A DNA stretch of 54,892 nt from Fibrobacterota bacterium (GCA_043753995.1 JAYUVP010000117.1:1-54892); one strand, 5' to 3'. Numbered from the stretch's first letter, positions 26,724 to 36,965 are shown. Notes: generated from the letters alone by a model not told the origin. Numbers and translations: made by a program.

Positions 26724-27761
26724 CTATCCCTTTTCTTTTTCGGGGGAGGAGTCGCCTCCCCCCGCCTCGGCCTGCTTTTCTTTGGCCGCTTCGCTAGGCA
26801 CGGTCGGCCTCGGCGTCCCCACCCCAGTTTCGCCCTCGCCCTTCGCCTTTTCGATCTTGGCTTCTTTTCTCAAAGCGATCAAATCGCCTTCGCGCAAGAC
26901 ATCGACTTCGACCTTGAGGCGCTGGGCTCCGCCGCCATAAAGCACGCCACGCAAGGGACTGATATCGGAAAAGTCGCGACCCCAGGCCACGGTGATATGG
27001 CGCGGTCCGGGCAGCATGCGATTGGTGGGATCGAAGTCTATCCAACCGCCGCCGGGAACATAAACCGATACCCAGGCATGTGAGGCGTCGGAGCCTTGCA
27101 ATTTGGCCTTGCCGGGAGGCGGCAAGGTTTCGAGATAACCGCTGACATAGCGTGCGGCCAATCCGAGACTGCGCAGGCAGCCTATCATCAAATGGGAAAA
27201 GTCTTGGCAAACGCCACTGCGATTCTGAAAGACGGTTTCGAGGGCCGTCGACAAATTGGTCGAGCCCGGACGAAAGCGAAAATCGCGGAAGATGCGTTGC
27301 ATGAGGTAAAAGGACGCGTCACCGATGGAGCGCCCCGGAATAAAAGATCGCGAGGCATAATCGCGCAAATCAGGAAAGGGGCGCACCATGGGTGAATCGA
27401 GGGTGAATTGCAGAGCATGCTGCAATTCTGTGGTCGCAGCCGATTCCAAGAGGGCCACGGCTTCTTCCCAGGGCATGGTGGGCGGAGGCGCTTCGACCTG
27501 GGCCCAGCTCACGTCGACACGGCTAATGGCGGTGATTTCGAATTTCTTGTGGGGTTGCTGCAATTGGAAAAAGGACATGGGATTTCCAAAGAAATCGAGA
27601 CCTTCTTCATAAGATTCCAGCTCGGGGCTGGAAGCCAGTTCAAAGCTGAGTAGCCGCTGTCCCGGCAAATCGCGTGGGCGAAGCCGCGCTTGATTCACGC
27701 TGGCGGCGGCCTCTTCCTTATAGGTGTACAAGGTCCGGTGGCGAATAGAATAAACCGGCAT
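26724..27761 (-). CDS. transglutaminase-family protein with bacterial transglutaminase N-terminal domain
   Basis: H.T.Y.Y N-terminus; triad GVCQDF, SHAW, FDPTN; WGRDF.D. Confidence 0.95.
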   Translation of the reverse strand: MPVYSIRHRTLYTYKEEAAASVNQARLRPRDLPGQRLLSFELASSPELESYEEGLDFFGNPMSFFQLQQPHKKFEITAISRVDVSWAQVEAPPPTMPWEEAVALLESAATTELQHALQFTLDSPMVRPFPDLRDYASRSFIPGRSIGDASFYLMQRIFRDFRFRPGSTNLSTALETVFQNRSGVCQDFSHLMIGCLRSLGLAARYVSGYLETLPPPGKAKLQGSDASHAWVSVYVPGGGWIDFDPTNRMLPGPRHITVAWGRDFSDISPLRGVLYGGGAQRLKVEVDVLREGDLIALRKEAKIEKAKGEGETGVGTPRPTVPSEAAKEKQAEAGGGDSSPEKEKG

Positions 27762-27762
27762 G

Positions 27763-30306
27763 TCAATTCCATTCCTTGAGGGTCTGGGTCAGCGGACGCT
27801 GGCGGAAGAATTCGCTGGCCAGGCGCTCGGAAATGTCGCCCAATCCGGTTTCGACCTGGTGCAATAAATGTTCGAAGGCTTCGTTGCCGCTGGGCGAGAG
27901 TATACCTTCCTGCGCCGTGGCGTCGAAGCCGCGCACACTGAGCAAGGTCTGACGTGCCATCTTTTCGACTTCAAGGGTTTGGCCGGCAATGGGACGGGGT
28001 ATGGCCGCCATGTCCTCGACCAGGCGCAGCATAGGGGCGGCCACCGATCGCGGATTCAATTCGTCGGCAAGCAAGACGTCGACGACCGCAGCAGGTTGTA
28101 ATTCCGTCGCATAGCGATTGCGATAGGTGATGACACTATCATGAATGACAAGTAAGGATCGCAAGAGGCCGCGATCGGGCTCGCTGCCCGCGGGAAAGGC
28201 GGCCACCAGGCTGCGGCAAGTGATTTGCGAACGCTCTAGACGGCGACCCAATTGCAGGAAGCGACGCACGGGGCCGTCCGTCATGCTTTCCGTGACGAGG
28301 CCGGTGAAGCCCGCCAGGCTGACGACCAGGCGATCGAGATGAATGAGGGCCGCGCCCGCATCGATTTCGGGGGATAGGCCTTCGGTTTCATCGCCTTCTT
28401 CTTGCCAGGCATGCAAGCTGAGCCAGGCATCATTGGAAAGCAATTCGCGCACGACGCGCGCCGAGCGGCGCAGGGCCGCCAAATTGAAGGCGGGCGATCC
28501 CAATTCGGCGCGCGCCGAAAGCGAGGCGATGAGGGCCGGCTCCAGGCCGACGATTTCGCTGTCGAGCGAGGGCTGATAGCTTTCCAGCAGCTCAGCCAAA
28601 CCTTCAGGCACCGAACCCCCCACGCCTTCGTCCTGGGCCAATAGCGCCAAGGCTTCGCGCCACAAGCGGGCCTGGGCTTCCAAGCGCTCTTGGTAGCGCC
28701 CGAGCCAGAATAAGTTTTCAGCGGCATAGCCGGGCAAGGGCGAGGCTTCGCGGTGAATGCGCACCCTGGGCGCCAGGGATTCGACGGGCTCTTCCGCTTC
28801 CACCGGCTCCGAGGCGATAATCCAGGTATCCTTGCTGATACCCCCATCCTGGCTGGTAATGCTGTTCGATCCGGGCTTTAGCGAAGCCCGGGTGAGGCCA
28901 CCGGGCATGACTTCATAGGTCTTGTCGACGGCGGCCAAAAAGCTGCGCACCACCATGAGACGGGGTTCGAGTTTTCCGCCGATGAAACAAGGGGTGGTCG
29001 AAAGAGGCACGCGCTCTTGCAGCAAATACAAATGCGGCTTGGCGCGTATGCGCGAGAGCAGTCTTTCGCGTTGTTCCTTCGAAAGCCGGTGGACGAACCA
29101 GGTGCTGCGCCGCGACCCTTGGTATAGAGGCTTCACCACCATGTCGTCGAATCGATCCAAGGCCTCGGCGCGCTGGGCTGGGTCACCGCACCACCAGGTG
29201 GGCGTCGAGGGCAGGCGTAATTCCTGGCCGAGCAGACGTTTGCACAAAGCCGGTAAAAAGGCCATGAGGCCCGAGCCGGTCAAGACACCGCTGCCCAAGG
29301 CATTGGCCATGGTCACGCGCTTTTGGCGCACCGCCTGCACCAAGCCGGGAACGCCAAGCAGGGAGGCACCTTCCAGCTCCAGCGGATCGCAATAGGCATC
29401 GTCCACGCGGCGCAGGATGACATCGACTTGGCGCGAACCCCCGAGGCCTTCGAGACGCACACCATCGGATCGCGCCGAGAGATCGCCGCCGCGCACCAAG
29501 GGCAAACCGAGGTAACTCGCCAGATACGCCTGTTCAAAAAAGGTTTCGTTTTCGGGACCGGGGCTGAGCAGCACCACTTGCGGTTGCTTCACGCCGGGCG
29601 GTGCCGACTGGATAAGACCGCGCCGCAGCGATTGGAAAAAGCCTGCTAGGCGATGCACTCCGAAATGCCGGAAAAGGCTGGGCAAGGCGCGGCCCAAGAC
29701 CACGCGATTCTCCAGGGCATAGCCATAGCCCGAGGGGTTTTGGCAGCGATCACTGACTACGCGGAATTGCCCGTCGGGCCCGCGCGCCAAGTCGGCCGAA
29801 TACACTTGTAGTAAGCGCGAAACGCCTTCGAGCGAGCCCACGCAGGCGCGTTGAAATCCCGGATGTGAATACAGGAAAAGAGCCGGCAGCAGGCCTTCCC
29901 TCATGAGCAGGCGAGCCCCATAAATATCGCGCAAGATGGCTTCGAGCAATTCGGCTCGTTGAATCAATCCGCGTTCTAGCTCGCTCCAGGCTCCGCTATC
30001 GAGGACCATGGGCACGGGATCGAGTTCCCATTGCCTATCGGCGCCGCGGCGATCGCCATAGACGTGATAGGTCACGCCATTGAAGCGCAATTGCTCTTTG
30101 ACTTCGTCGGAGCGGCGCGCCAGGGCTTCGGCGCCCATGGATTCCAGAGCGGTAGCGAGACCTTGCCAGGCAGGACGAATAGCCCCGGTGGCATCGATCA
30201 TCTCGTCCCAACCCTCGGCTGGCGGCAAATAGCCGCTGACCAAACCGGATCGGCCTGCAGAAGCGGTGGTGGCCGAAATGGGCATAGTCGTAGGTTTGAG
30301 AGGCAT
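27763..30306 (-). CDS. circularly permuted type 2 ATP-grasp fused to an alpha-E domain
   Basis: PSG.GYALENR, DVILRRVDD..CDPLEL, GVPGL, VMPGGLTR, GG.SKDTW, then LFWLGRY.ER and GRRLER (alpha-E). Confidence 0.95.
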   Translation of the reverse strand: MPLKPTTMPISATTASAGRSGLVSGYLPPAEGWDEMIDATGAIRPAWQGLATALESMGAEALARRSDEVKEQLRFNGVTYHVYGDRRGADRQWELDPVPMVLDSGAWSELERGLIQRAELLEAILRDIYGARLLMREGLLPALFLYSHPGFQRACVGSLEGVSRLLQVYSADLARGPDGQFRVVSDRCQNPSGYGYALENRVVLGRALPSLFRHFGVHRLAGFFQSLRRGLIQSAPPGVKQPQVVLLSPGPENETFFEQAYLASYLGLPLVRGGDLSARSDGVRLEGLGGSRQVDVILRRVDDAYCDPLELEGASLLGVPGLVQAVRQKRVTMANALGSGVLTGSGLMAFLPALCKRLLGQELRLPSTPTWWCGDPAQRAEALDRFDDMVVKPLYQGSRRSTWFVHRLSKEQRERLLSRIRAKPHLYLLQERVPLSTTPCFIGGKLEPRLMVVRSFLAAVDKTYEVMPGGLTRASLKPGSNSITSQDGGISKDTWIIASEPVEAEEPVESLAPRVRIHREASPLPGYAAENLFWLGRYQERLEAQARLWREALALLAQDEGVGGSVPEGLAELLESYQPSLDSEIVGLEPALIASLSARAELGSPAFNLAALRRSARVVRELLSNDAWLSLHAWQEEGDETEGLSPEIDAGAALIHLDRLVVSLAGFTGLVTESMTDGPVRRFLQLGRRLERSQITCRSLVAAFPAGSEPDRGLLRSLLVIHDSVITYRNRYATELQPAAVVDVLLADELNPRSVAAPMLRLVEDMAAIPRPIAGQTLEVEKMARQTLLSVRGFDATAQEGILSPSGNEAFEHLLHQVETGLGDISERLASEFFRQRPLTQTLKEWN

Positions 30307-30325
30307 CAGCCGCGTGATGGTAGCT

Positions 30326-33300
30326 TCAATACTCCCTAAGATCCAGGGTCAGGGGATGGTCCGGATGCACTTTCGGCGATTGCCAGTGAATTGGACCGGG
30401 GCTATGCCCAAAAGGCTCAAAGCGCGCGGCCCGCCGAGCTTCAGCTTCAGCGGCATTGACGGGAAAGGTGGCATAGTTGCGCCCGGCGGGATGCATGACA
30501 TGATGGGTGCAGCCTCCCAAGGAGCGGCCATTCCAGGTGTCCACGAGATCGAAAACCAAGGGACTGTGCACGCCAATCATGGGGTGCATAGCGGAAGGCG
30601 GCTGCCAAGCGCGATAACGCAAGCCCGCCACGGCTTCACCCTGTACGCCCGTGGGCGCCAGCGGCAAGGCCTCGCCATTGCAAAGCACGGCATGGCGACG
30701 GCTGGTCGCGCCGCGTAACTTGACTTGCAAGCGCTCCAAGGAAGAATCGACAAAGCGCGACGTGCCTTGCCCCGCAGCTTCTTCGCCCAATACCGGCCAC
30801 GGCTCGGCGGCCACGCGCAATTCCAGGGAGACATCGCCCAAATTCACCTCGCCGCAGCGGGGAAACCGGAATTCCAGGAAGGGCGCATACCAATTGGGAT
30901 CGAGGGCATAGCCCGACTCCCGCACAAAACCAAGCACATCCTCGAAATCGCGCCAGAGAAAATGCGGTAGCATCCAGCGGTCGTGCAGGGAAGTTCCCCA
31001 GGGCTGCAAAGGCGCGCGATAAGGTTGTTCCCAGAAGCGCGTGACCAAGGCCCGCACCAAGAGGCTTTGCGCCGCGCTCATGCGCGCATGCGGCGGCATT
31101 TCAAAGCCGCGCAATTCGAGCAGGCCCAGGCGGCCCGTCATGCTGTCGGGGCTATAGAGTTTATCGATGGAGAATTCGGCGCGATGGGTATTGCCGGTCA
31201 AGTCGACGAGCAAGTTGCGGAAAATGCGATCGACTTGCCAAGGCAAAAGGGCTTCGCCATCGGGGGTTTGCTGAAAAGCCAATTCCAATTCCGCTAGGCT
31301 GGAATCGCGGGCTTCGTCGACGCGCGGCGATTGGCTGGTGGGCCCAATGAAAAGGCCAGAGAACAGATAAGACATGCTGGGATGATTCTGCCAGAAATTC
31401 ACCATGCTGCGCAGCAAATGCGGACGTCGTAAAAAGGGGCTATCCGAAGGACGCGCGGCGCCGAGCACCACGTGATTGCCGCCGCCGGTGCCGGTATGGC
31501 GTCCGTCGAGCTGGAATTTCTCTGTGCCGAGCCGGCATTGCCGCGCCTCGTCATAAAGGATTTCCGTGCGCATCACCGATTCGCGCCAAGACGAAGCCGG
31601 GTGAATATTCACCTCGATGACGCCGGGATCGGGCGTGATGGAATAATTCTTGAGGCGATAATCCTGGGGCGGTTTATAGCCCTCGATGCGTATGGGTAAA
31701 GATTGTTCGGCCGCCGCGGCCTCTACCGCCGCCGCCATTTCCAGAAAGGTCTCCAGGTGAGAGACGGGAGGTAAAAAGACATACAGAAAGCCCCCGCGGG
31801 CTTCGACGCAAATCGCAGTTCGCACCAAGCTTTCATTCGATGCGGCGGGGAAGGTACCGTCTTTGGCGCTTTGGGACAAATCGCGTGGAGTCACGCGCCC
31901 GTTACCTGGGCCTTCCAGTGGAGAAGCGCCGGGGCGTCCACCGTTGACGCCTCGTCTTTGCGCCATGGGGGAGCGCGCGATTTCGGGCAAGGAAGGGCGA
32001 GGCGCGAGGGGCGACATTTCGATTGGAAATTCGGCCTTTTGCGATCCGAAGGGCAGGCTGGAAAGCGGCAAGCGATAACCCATGGGCGAATCGCCGGGAA
32101 GCAGGAAGAGATGGCCACGGCGCATGTCCCACAGGCCCGATTGCCAATGCGTGCGCACGCCGTCGAAATCGCCCCATAGCGGCAAGGTGAAACCGGCAAT
32201 GCGATCGAGGCCGCGCTCCAGCAATTTTAAGAGGCGGACGCGCTCGCTGTCTTTCTTGTATTCGTGCTGCAGTGGATCGAAATCGAGAGGCAGGCGACCT
32301 TCTTGCCACAGATAATAGAAGACGTCTTCATGCGCAGGCTTGACCCAGCGCTCTTCGAGCATGAGCTGGCGGGCAATGGCGCGGGCTAAGGCACCCGCTT
32401 CGCGCGGTCCCACTTCACCCTTGTAGGGCTCGCGAGCTTGCAGGCGATCTTGCGACCAAATCGGATGGCCGTCGGCGCGCCAATACGTGGTCAAGCCCCA
32501 GCGCGGCAAAGGCTCACCGGGATACCATTTTCCCTGGCCATAGTGAATGAGCGAGCCGGGAGCGAATTTATCCTTGAGTCGCCAAAGCAAATCTTGCGCG
32601 AGGGAATATTTCTTATCGCCCAAGGCCTCGGTATTCCACTCGGCGCCGTCCATGTCGTCGATGGAAACGAAGGTGGGCTCACCGCCCTGGGTGAGCTGCA
32701 AGCCGGCGGCCTGCATGGCGGCATCGACGCGATCGCCGGCGGCCATAAGGCTTTGCCATTGCTCCTCGGAATAAGGCGCGGTGACGCGAGGCGTTTCGCT
32801 GTGGCGCGCCACTTCCATGTGAAAATGGAATTTCGTTTCGCATTCCGATGTCGATCCCGTGATCGGCGCGGCGTCTTCGGGCGAAGGCGTGCAGCTCAGA
32901 GGAATATGCCCTTCGCCGGCCAATAGCCCCGAAGTCGGATCGAGGCCCACCCAACCTGCGCCGGGCACGAAGGCTTCGGCCCAAGCATGCAAATCGGTGA
33001 AATCAGTTTGCGGGCCTTCCGGCCCATCGAGTGGTTTTTGATCGGGCTTAAGCTGAATCAAATAGCCCGAAGCGAAGCGCGCGGCTATGCCTAAGTGCCG
33101 GAGGACTTGCACTAAAAGCCAGGTGGAATCGCGACAAGAGCCGGTGCGCTTTTGCAAGGTCTCTTCACAGGTCTGCACGCCGGTTTCCATGCGAATGGTA
33201 TAGCCAATCGCGGTTTGCACCTGGCGATTTAAATCCACGAGAAAGTTCACCAGATTGCGGGGCTTCTTGTCTATGCTCGCCACCCACTCGGAAAGCAAGT

Positions 33301-33673
33301 CGCCTTTTTCACGCACTTCGAGATAGGGCATGAGCGATTCACGCAACCCCTCCGCATAAGCAAAGGGAAAGTTGTCTGCCTCGGGCTCCACGAAAAAATC
33401 AAAGGGATTGATCACCGTCATTTCGGCGACCAGTCCCACCTCGATTTCAAAGCGCCTTTGCGGGCCGGGAAAGACCACGCGCGCGGCGAAATTACCGAAG
33501 GGATCTTGCTGCCAATTGAGGAAATGGCCCTCTGGCTGAATTTTCAGCGAATAGGCGCAAATGGGGGTGCGGCAATGCGCGGCGGGGCGCAGGCGTATCC
33601 ATTGCGGCGACAGGCTCGTGGGCCGGTCATATTCATAAGTGGTTTTATGATGGAGGGATACACGTATGGACAT
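30326..33673 (-). CDS. transglutaminase fused to a DUF2126 putative amidoligase
   Basis: GSCRD, DLHAW, LDPTSG; GGEPTFVS, GKWYPGE.LPRW, TPDPGVIEVN, GTGGGNH, GNTHRAEF. Confidence 0.95.
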   Translation of the reverse strand: MSIRVSLHHKTTYEYDRPTSLSPQWIRLRPAAHCRTPICAYSLKIQPEGHFLNWQQDPFGNFAARVVFPGPQRRFEIEVGLVAEMTVINPFDFFVEPEADNFPFAYAEGLRESLMPYLEVREKGDLLSEWVASIDKKPRNLVNFLVDLNRQVQTAIGYTIRMETGVQTCEETLQKRTGSCRDSTWLLVQVLRHLGIAARFASGYLIQLKPDQKPLDGPEGPQTDFTDLHAWAEAFVPGAGWVGLDPTSGLLAGEGHIPLSCTPSPEDAAPITGSTSECETKFHFHMEVARHSETPRVTAPYSEEQWQSLMAAGDRVDAAMQAAGLQLTQGGEPTFVSIDDMDGAEWNTEALGDKKYSLAQDLLWRLKDKFAPGSLIHYGQGKWYPGEPLPRWGLTTYWRADGHPIWSQDRLQAREPYKGEVGPREAGALARAIARQLMLEERWVKPAHEDVFYYLWQEGRLPLDFDPLQHEYKKDSERVRLLKLLERGLDRIAGFTLPLWGDFDGVRTHWQSGLWDMRRGHLFLLPGDSPMGYRLPLSSLPFGSQKAEFPIEMSPLAPRPSLPEIARSPMAQRRGVNGGRPGASPLEGPGNGRVTPRDLSQSAKDGTFPAASNESLVRTAICVEARGGFLYVFLPPVSHLETFLEMAAAVEAAAAEQSLPIRIEGYKPPQDYRLKNYSITPDPGVIEVNIHPASSWRESVMRTEILYDEARQCRLGTEKFQLDGRHTGTGGGNHVVLGAARPSDSPFLRRPHLLRSMVNFWQNHPSMSYLFSGLFIGPTSQSPRVDEARDSSLAELELAFQQTPDGEALLPWQVDRIFRNLLVDLTGNTHRAEFSIDKLYSPDSMTGRLGLLELRGFEMPPHARMSAAQSLLVRALVTRFWEQPYRAPLQPWGTSLHDRWMLPHFLWRDFEDVLGFVRESGYALDPNWYAPFLEFRFPRCGEVNLGDVSLELRVAAEPWPVLGEEAAGQGTSRFVDSSLERLQVKLRGATSRRHAVLCNGEALPLAPTGVQGEAVAGLRYRAWQPPSAMHPMIGVHSPLVFDLVDTWNGRSLGGCTHHVMHPAGRNYATFPVNAAEAEARRAARFEPFGHSPGPIHWQSPKVHPDHPLTLDLREY

Positions 33674-33686
33674 GGCCTAGCCGAAC

Positions 33687-33703
33687 TGCAAGGAATGGGC
33701 CAG
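33687..33703 (-). promoter_or_regulatory. sigma54 (-24/-12) promoter candidate for the transglutaminase/ATP-grasp operon
   Basis: Minus strand CTGGCCCATTCCTTGCA: GG-N10-GC with TGGC and TTGCA, ending 13 nt before ATG 33673. Confidence 0.65.
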
Positions 33704-33845
33704 CCCCATTTTGACTTGCTAATGACAATTTTATGGGGATTTTGGCGACACTGAAACAAAATGTCAATTCTTAGCGCGAATTACATGACAAAAAACAACA
33801 TCAAGCGCCATAAACTCAATGGGGGGATGCCCCGAATTCAGGCCT

Positions 33846-33880
33846 AAAAAAAGCGGTCCCCAGTTAAGACCGGGGACCGC
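33846..33880 (-). terminator. intrinsic terminator
   Basis: GCGGTCCCC(G)G-loop-C(T)GGGGACCGC followed by T7 on the minus strand, 7 nt after the stop at 33888. Confidence 0.9.
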
Positions 33881-33887
33881 GATTTGC

Positions 33888-34688
33888 TTAAGCAGACTTT
33901 TTCAATAGGCCGAGAGCTTTTTCCAAAGCCTTGACGGCGCGTTCCAAGCCCTTATTGGCCTTGGCGGCCTTCGCAGGCTTGATAGCGATGATGGCAGACA
34001 AAGGCGCATACTTGACGCCATTGAGAACCAAAACGCCCTTGGTGGCTTTGCCCGAGATCTTGATGCCCTTGGGAGCTTTACCGGCCTTGGGGGCTTTGGC
34101 GGAAATGCCCGCGCCCTTGACCCAGTTATTCACCGTGGGATAACTGATCTTGAACTTGGAGGCGGCCTTCTTGAGGATGCCGCGGCCAGGATTGCTCTTG
34201 ATGAAATCAAGAACTTCGGCTTTTTGTTCCGCTCCATAACCTTTGCGTCCACGTCCACCACCCTTGGCGGCTTTTGCCTTCTTAGGAGCTTTCACCTTGG
34301 CGGCTTTCTTAGCCTTAGGCGCTTTGCCGGCCTTGGTTTTCTTTTCTTTCATCTCGGCGGGTTTTGCTTCCGTGTCCAAATGTTTCTCCTTGATCAAGGT
34401 GAGGGTTGCCATATGATTATTTGAATTAAAATCGAATTCCACACCTTTGTTTTCCCATAAATTACGGAAGGTGGGTAATTCTTTTTGCTGCTGCCTGTTC
34501 AGCATTTCTTGAAACACCGCGCGAATAGCGTTGTCAGGCAGCCAAGCAGGTTTTGAATAAGATCCCATCGGTTCGATATAACCGTCTTTCCATTGATAAG
34601 CCAAGCTGACATTGATTTTGTCACCCAGGCTGATGGATTTGTGGTGTATCGCTTTCGCGATTTCATCGATTTCCGTTTGCAGAGACAT
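33888..34688 (-). CDS. Lys/Ala-rich histone-H1-like protein with an HTH, putative nucleoid-associated protein
   Basis: KAPKAKKAAK-type tracts flank Y.AEQKAEVLDFI..GRG...AASKFKISYPTVNNWVK (HTH); has its own terminator. Confidence 0.75.
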   Translation of the reverse strand: MSLQTEIDEIAKAIHHKSISLGDKINVSLAYQWKDGYIEPMGSYSKPAWLPDNAIRAVFQEMLNRQQQKELPTFRNLWENKGVEFDFNSNNHMATLTLIKEKHLDTEAKPAEMKEKKTKAGKAPKAKKAAKVKAPKKAKAAKGGGRGRKGYGAEQKAEVLDFIKSNPGRGILKKAASKFKISYPTVNNWVKGAGISAKAPKAGKAPKGIKISGKATKGVLVLNGVKYAPLSAIIAIKPAKAAKANKGLERAVKALEKALGLLKKSA

Positions 34689-34881
34689 TCTGGTATAAAA
34701 TATAAATATCCTTCGTTAATAATTAAATACTATACCCGGAACTATTTCAACTTTCGTCGTATTTCCTGCCACGGCATAACTTTATCGAATGTTTTCACCG
34801 TCAAAAAACACCGCTGAATAGGATTTAAGCGGGGTGATTTGCATGAAAAGCCCCCCGCTCTCTTCTACCTTTCGGCCCCAT

Positions 34882-36069
34882 ATGAATATTCAGAATCCAT
34901 TGCGTTACGAAGATCGTGGCGCCTCGGCCGACAAAACCGAAGTGCATGCCGCCATCGCCCAAGACGACAAAGGCCTTTATCCAGGCGCCTTTTGCAAGAT
35001 TTTGCCTGATTCTTTGACCGGCAGCGCCGATCATGCCTTGCTCATTCATGCCGATGGTGCAGGAACCAAAAGCCTGCTCGCTTATATGGCATGGAAAGAA
35101 ACCGGCGATCTCTCCTGGTTTCGTGGCATTGCGCAAGATTCCTTGATTATGAATATCGACGATCTCGCCTGCGTGGGCGCTTTCGGGCCTTTTTTGCTTA
35201 GCAATACCATCGGTCGTAATGCAAAAATTATTCCCGGATCCGTCATCGCCGAAGTCATTGCCGGCTACCGCGATTGTATTGATTTGCTCAGCAAGCATGG
35301 TATTGATGTCGTAAATGGTGGCGGCGAAACCGCCGACCTCGGCGATGTCGTGCGGACACTTGTGGTCGACTCCACGGTTACGGTACGCATGGCCCGCAAA
35401 GACATACTCGATGCTTCGAATATTCGGCCCGGCTTGAGCTTGGTTGGCCTCGCTTCCGGCGGTCAGGCGAAATACGAAGGGCGCGAGAATGGTGGACTCG
35501 GCAGCAATGGCTATACCTCCTTACGCCATGAATTGCTTTCGAGTTATTACCGAGATAGGTTCCCCGAATGTTATGCACCTGAAATTCGCGACCTGGCTTA
35601 TCTCGGAAAATATCGTCTGGACGATGCCCTTCCCGGCTCTTCGCTGACTATCGGTGGGGCCTTGCTCTCGCCCACGCGCACCTTTGCCCCCGTGCTCAAG
35701 GCCATACTTAGCGCTCATCGATCCGCCATTTACGGCATCATTCACAATACCGGCGGGGGACAGGCCAAGTGCCTTCGCTTCGGCACCAAGGTCACTTATG
35801 TGAAAGACAATTTGATGCCGCCGCCGCCTGCCATGCGCCTCTTGCGCGAAACGGGACGCCTTTCCCCTTATGAAATGTATCGCAGCCTGAATATGGGCCA
35901 TCGCGTCGAAATCGCCTGCGAGCCTGACGCGGCGCAAGCTCTCATTGCCCTCAGCGAAAGTTTCGGCATTGCTGCGCAAGTCATCGGTCATACCGAAGCC
36001 GGCCCCATGGGCAATGCCCTGAAGCTCTTCGACGCCCCCAGCGGCGAGTGGTTCGAATACAAGTTGTGA
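34882..36069 (+). CDS. purM: phosphoribosylformylglycinamidine cyclo-ligase (AIR synthase), Bacteroidetes-type
   Basis: RY..RG.SA.K.EVH.A, HADGAGTKS, GIAQD..MN.DD, GGETAD.GD, SNG.T..RH, H.TGGGQ.K, NMGHR. Confidence 0.9.
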   Translation: MNIQNPLRYEDRGASADKTEVHAAIAQDDKGLYPGAFCKILPDSLTGSADHALLIHADGAGTKSLLAYMAWKETGDLSWFRGIAQDSLIMNIDDLACVGAFGPFLLSNTIGRNAKIIPGSVIAEVIAGYRDCIDLLSKHGIDVVNGGGETADLGDVVRTLVVDSTVTVRMARKDILDASNIRPGLSLVGLASGGQAKYEGRENGGLGSNGYTSLRHELLSSYYRDRFPECYAPEIRDLAYLGKYRLDDALPGSSLTIGGALLSPTRTFAPVLKAILSAHRSAIYGIIHNTGGGQAKCLRFGTKVTYVKDNLMPPPPAMRLLRETGRLSPYEMYRSLNMGHRVEIACEPDAAQALIALSESFGIAAQVIGHTEAGPMGNALKLFDAPSGEWFEYKL

Positions 36070-36082
36070 AGAAATGGCGCGA

Positions 36083-36457
36083 TTAAGAACGCGCCTTCGC
36101 CTGCCTTGCCGGGGTTTTCCTCGCTAGTTCTTGTTTGCCGTGCTTGCGATCAAGATGATGGCCCAGGGCATCCAGCCGTCCGCTGAAATAAATCGCGAAA
36201 GTGTCGGCCCAATGCTTCACTTCGCTCAAAGGTTGGGCTTGCAAGCGATAAAGACGTTGGCGTCCCTCGCGGCGCGGTACTACCAGCTTGGCTGCTTCCA
36301 GAATGCGCAAGTGCTGGGAAACGGCTGGCAAGGTCATGTGAAAAGGTTCGGCCAATTGGCCAGCCGAGCACTCTCCCGCCGTCAAAGCCGAGAGCATGGA
36401 CCGCCGCGCCGGATGGGCAATGGCATGAAAAATATCACTCTCTTGAATCGGTCGCAT
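36083..36457 (-). CDS. ArsR/SmtB family regulator
   Basis: FHAIAHPARR.ML..L, AVSQHLRIL..A.LV..REGRQRLY.L. Confidence 0.92.
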   Translation of the reverse strand: MRPIQESDIFHAIAHPARRSMLSALTAGECSAGQLAEPFHMTLPAVSQHLRILEAAKLVVPRREGRQRLYRLQAQPLSEVKHWADTFAIYFSGRLDALGHHLDRKHGKQELARKTPARQAKARS

Positions 36458-36965
36458 GGCCACTCCACTCCGGATATAGGCTAATCAAGGAAGTGAAGCG
36501 CGACATCCAGTCGGGCAGGGTTTCGCCTGCCAATTGGGCTTCCAAGCGATCGAGAAAGGCATGCAGTCCAGGTAAAAATCCGTCGGCCGTAGCACGGGTG
36601 ATACGTCGATATGTCACCGTGAGTCGAGTCGACGTCCCTTCTGAGGCAAGCTCATACCGGAAAATCGCATTTTCTCCCTGGGGCATTTCCGGCACAGGCG
36701 CGACTATCCATTCGTATTCGAATAGGCGCGGCGGTTCCCACGAAAGAATTCGGCTCGTCGAGCGATAACCGGCGGCCCCTGAAACCATTTCGATGCGGCC
36801 TCCCACTCGCCCGTCAATCACTGCCTGCGAGCACATTAGCCATTCACCCAAGCCCTCGGGCGTCGCTATCGCCTCCCAAACATGCTCGATGACATGCGGA
36901 TAAATGCGGTGAAAAACCAAGGTGGCAAATTCCCCGTCTTCAATAAGCCGTCCTTTAAGTTGCAT
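36435..36965 (-). CDS. SRPBCC (AHA1/START-like) domain protein
   Basis: R.YPH.IE.VW.AI..PEGL.EW, D.RVGG, EPPRLFEYEW, G.H.FLD.L. Confidence 0.9.
   Translation of the reverse strand: MQLKGRLIEDGEFATLVFHRIYPHVIEHVWEAIATPEGLGEWLMCSQAVIDGRVGGRIEMVSGAAGYRSTSRILSWEPPRLFEYEWIVAPVPEMPQGENAIFRYELASEGTSTRLTVTYRRITRATADGFLPGLHAFLDRLEAQLAGETLPDWMSRFTSLISLYPEWSGHATDSRE

Noticed and set aside
25828..27083. 258-aa and 220-aa plus-strand ORFs
   Set aside because: Antisense to yaeQ, DUF2277 and the transglutaminase, which carry clear family motifs
34100..34260. IS3-type transposase OrfA suggested by the HTH
   Set aside because: No integrase-core ORF, terminal inverted repeats or frameshift signal; the HTH is embedded in Lys/Ala tracts
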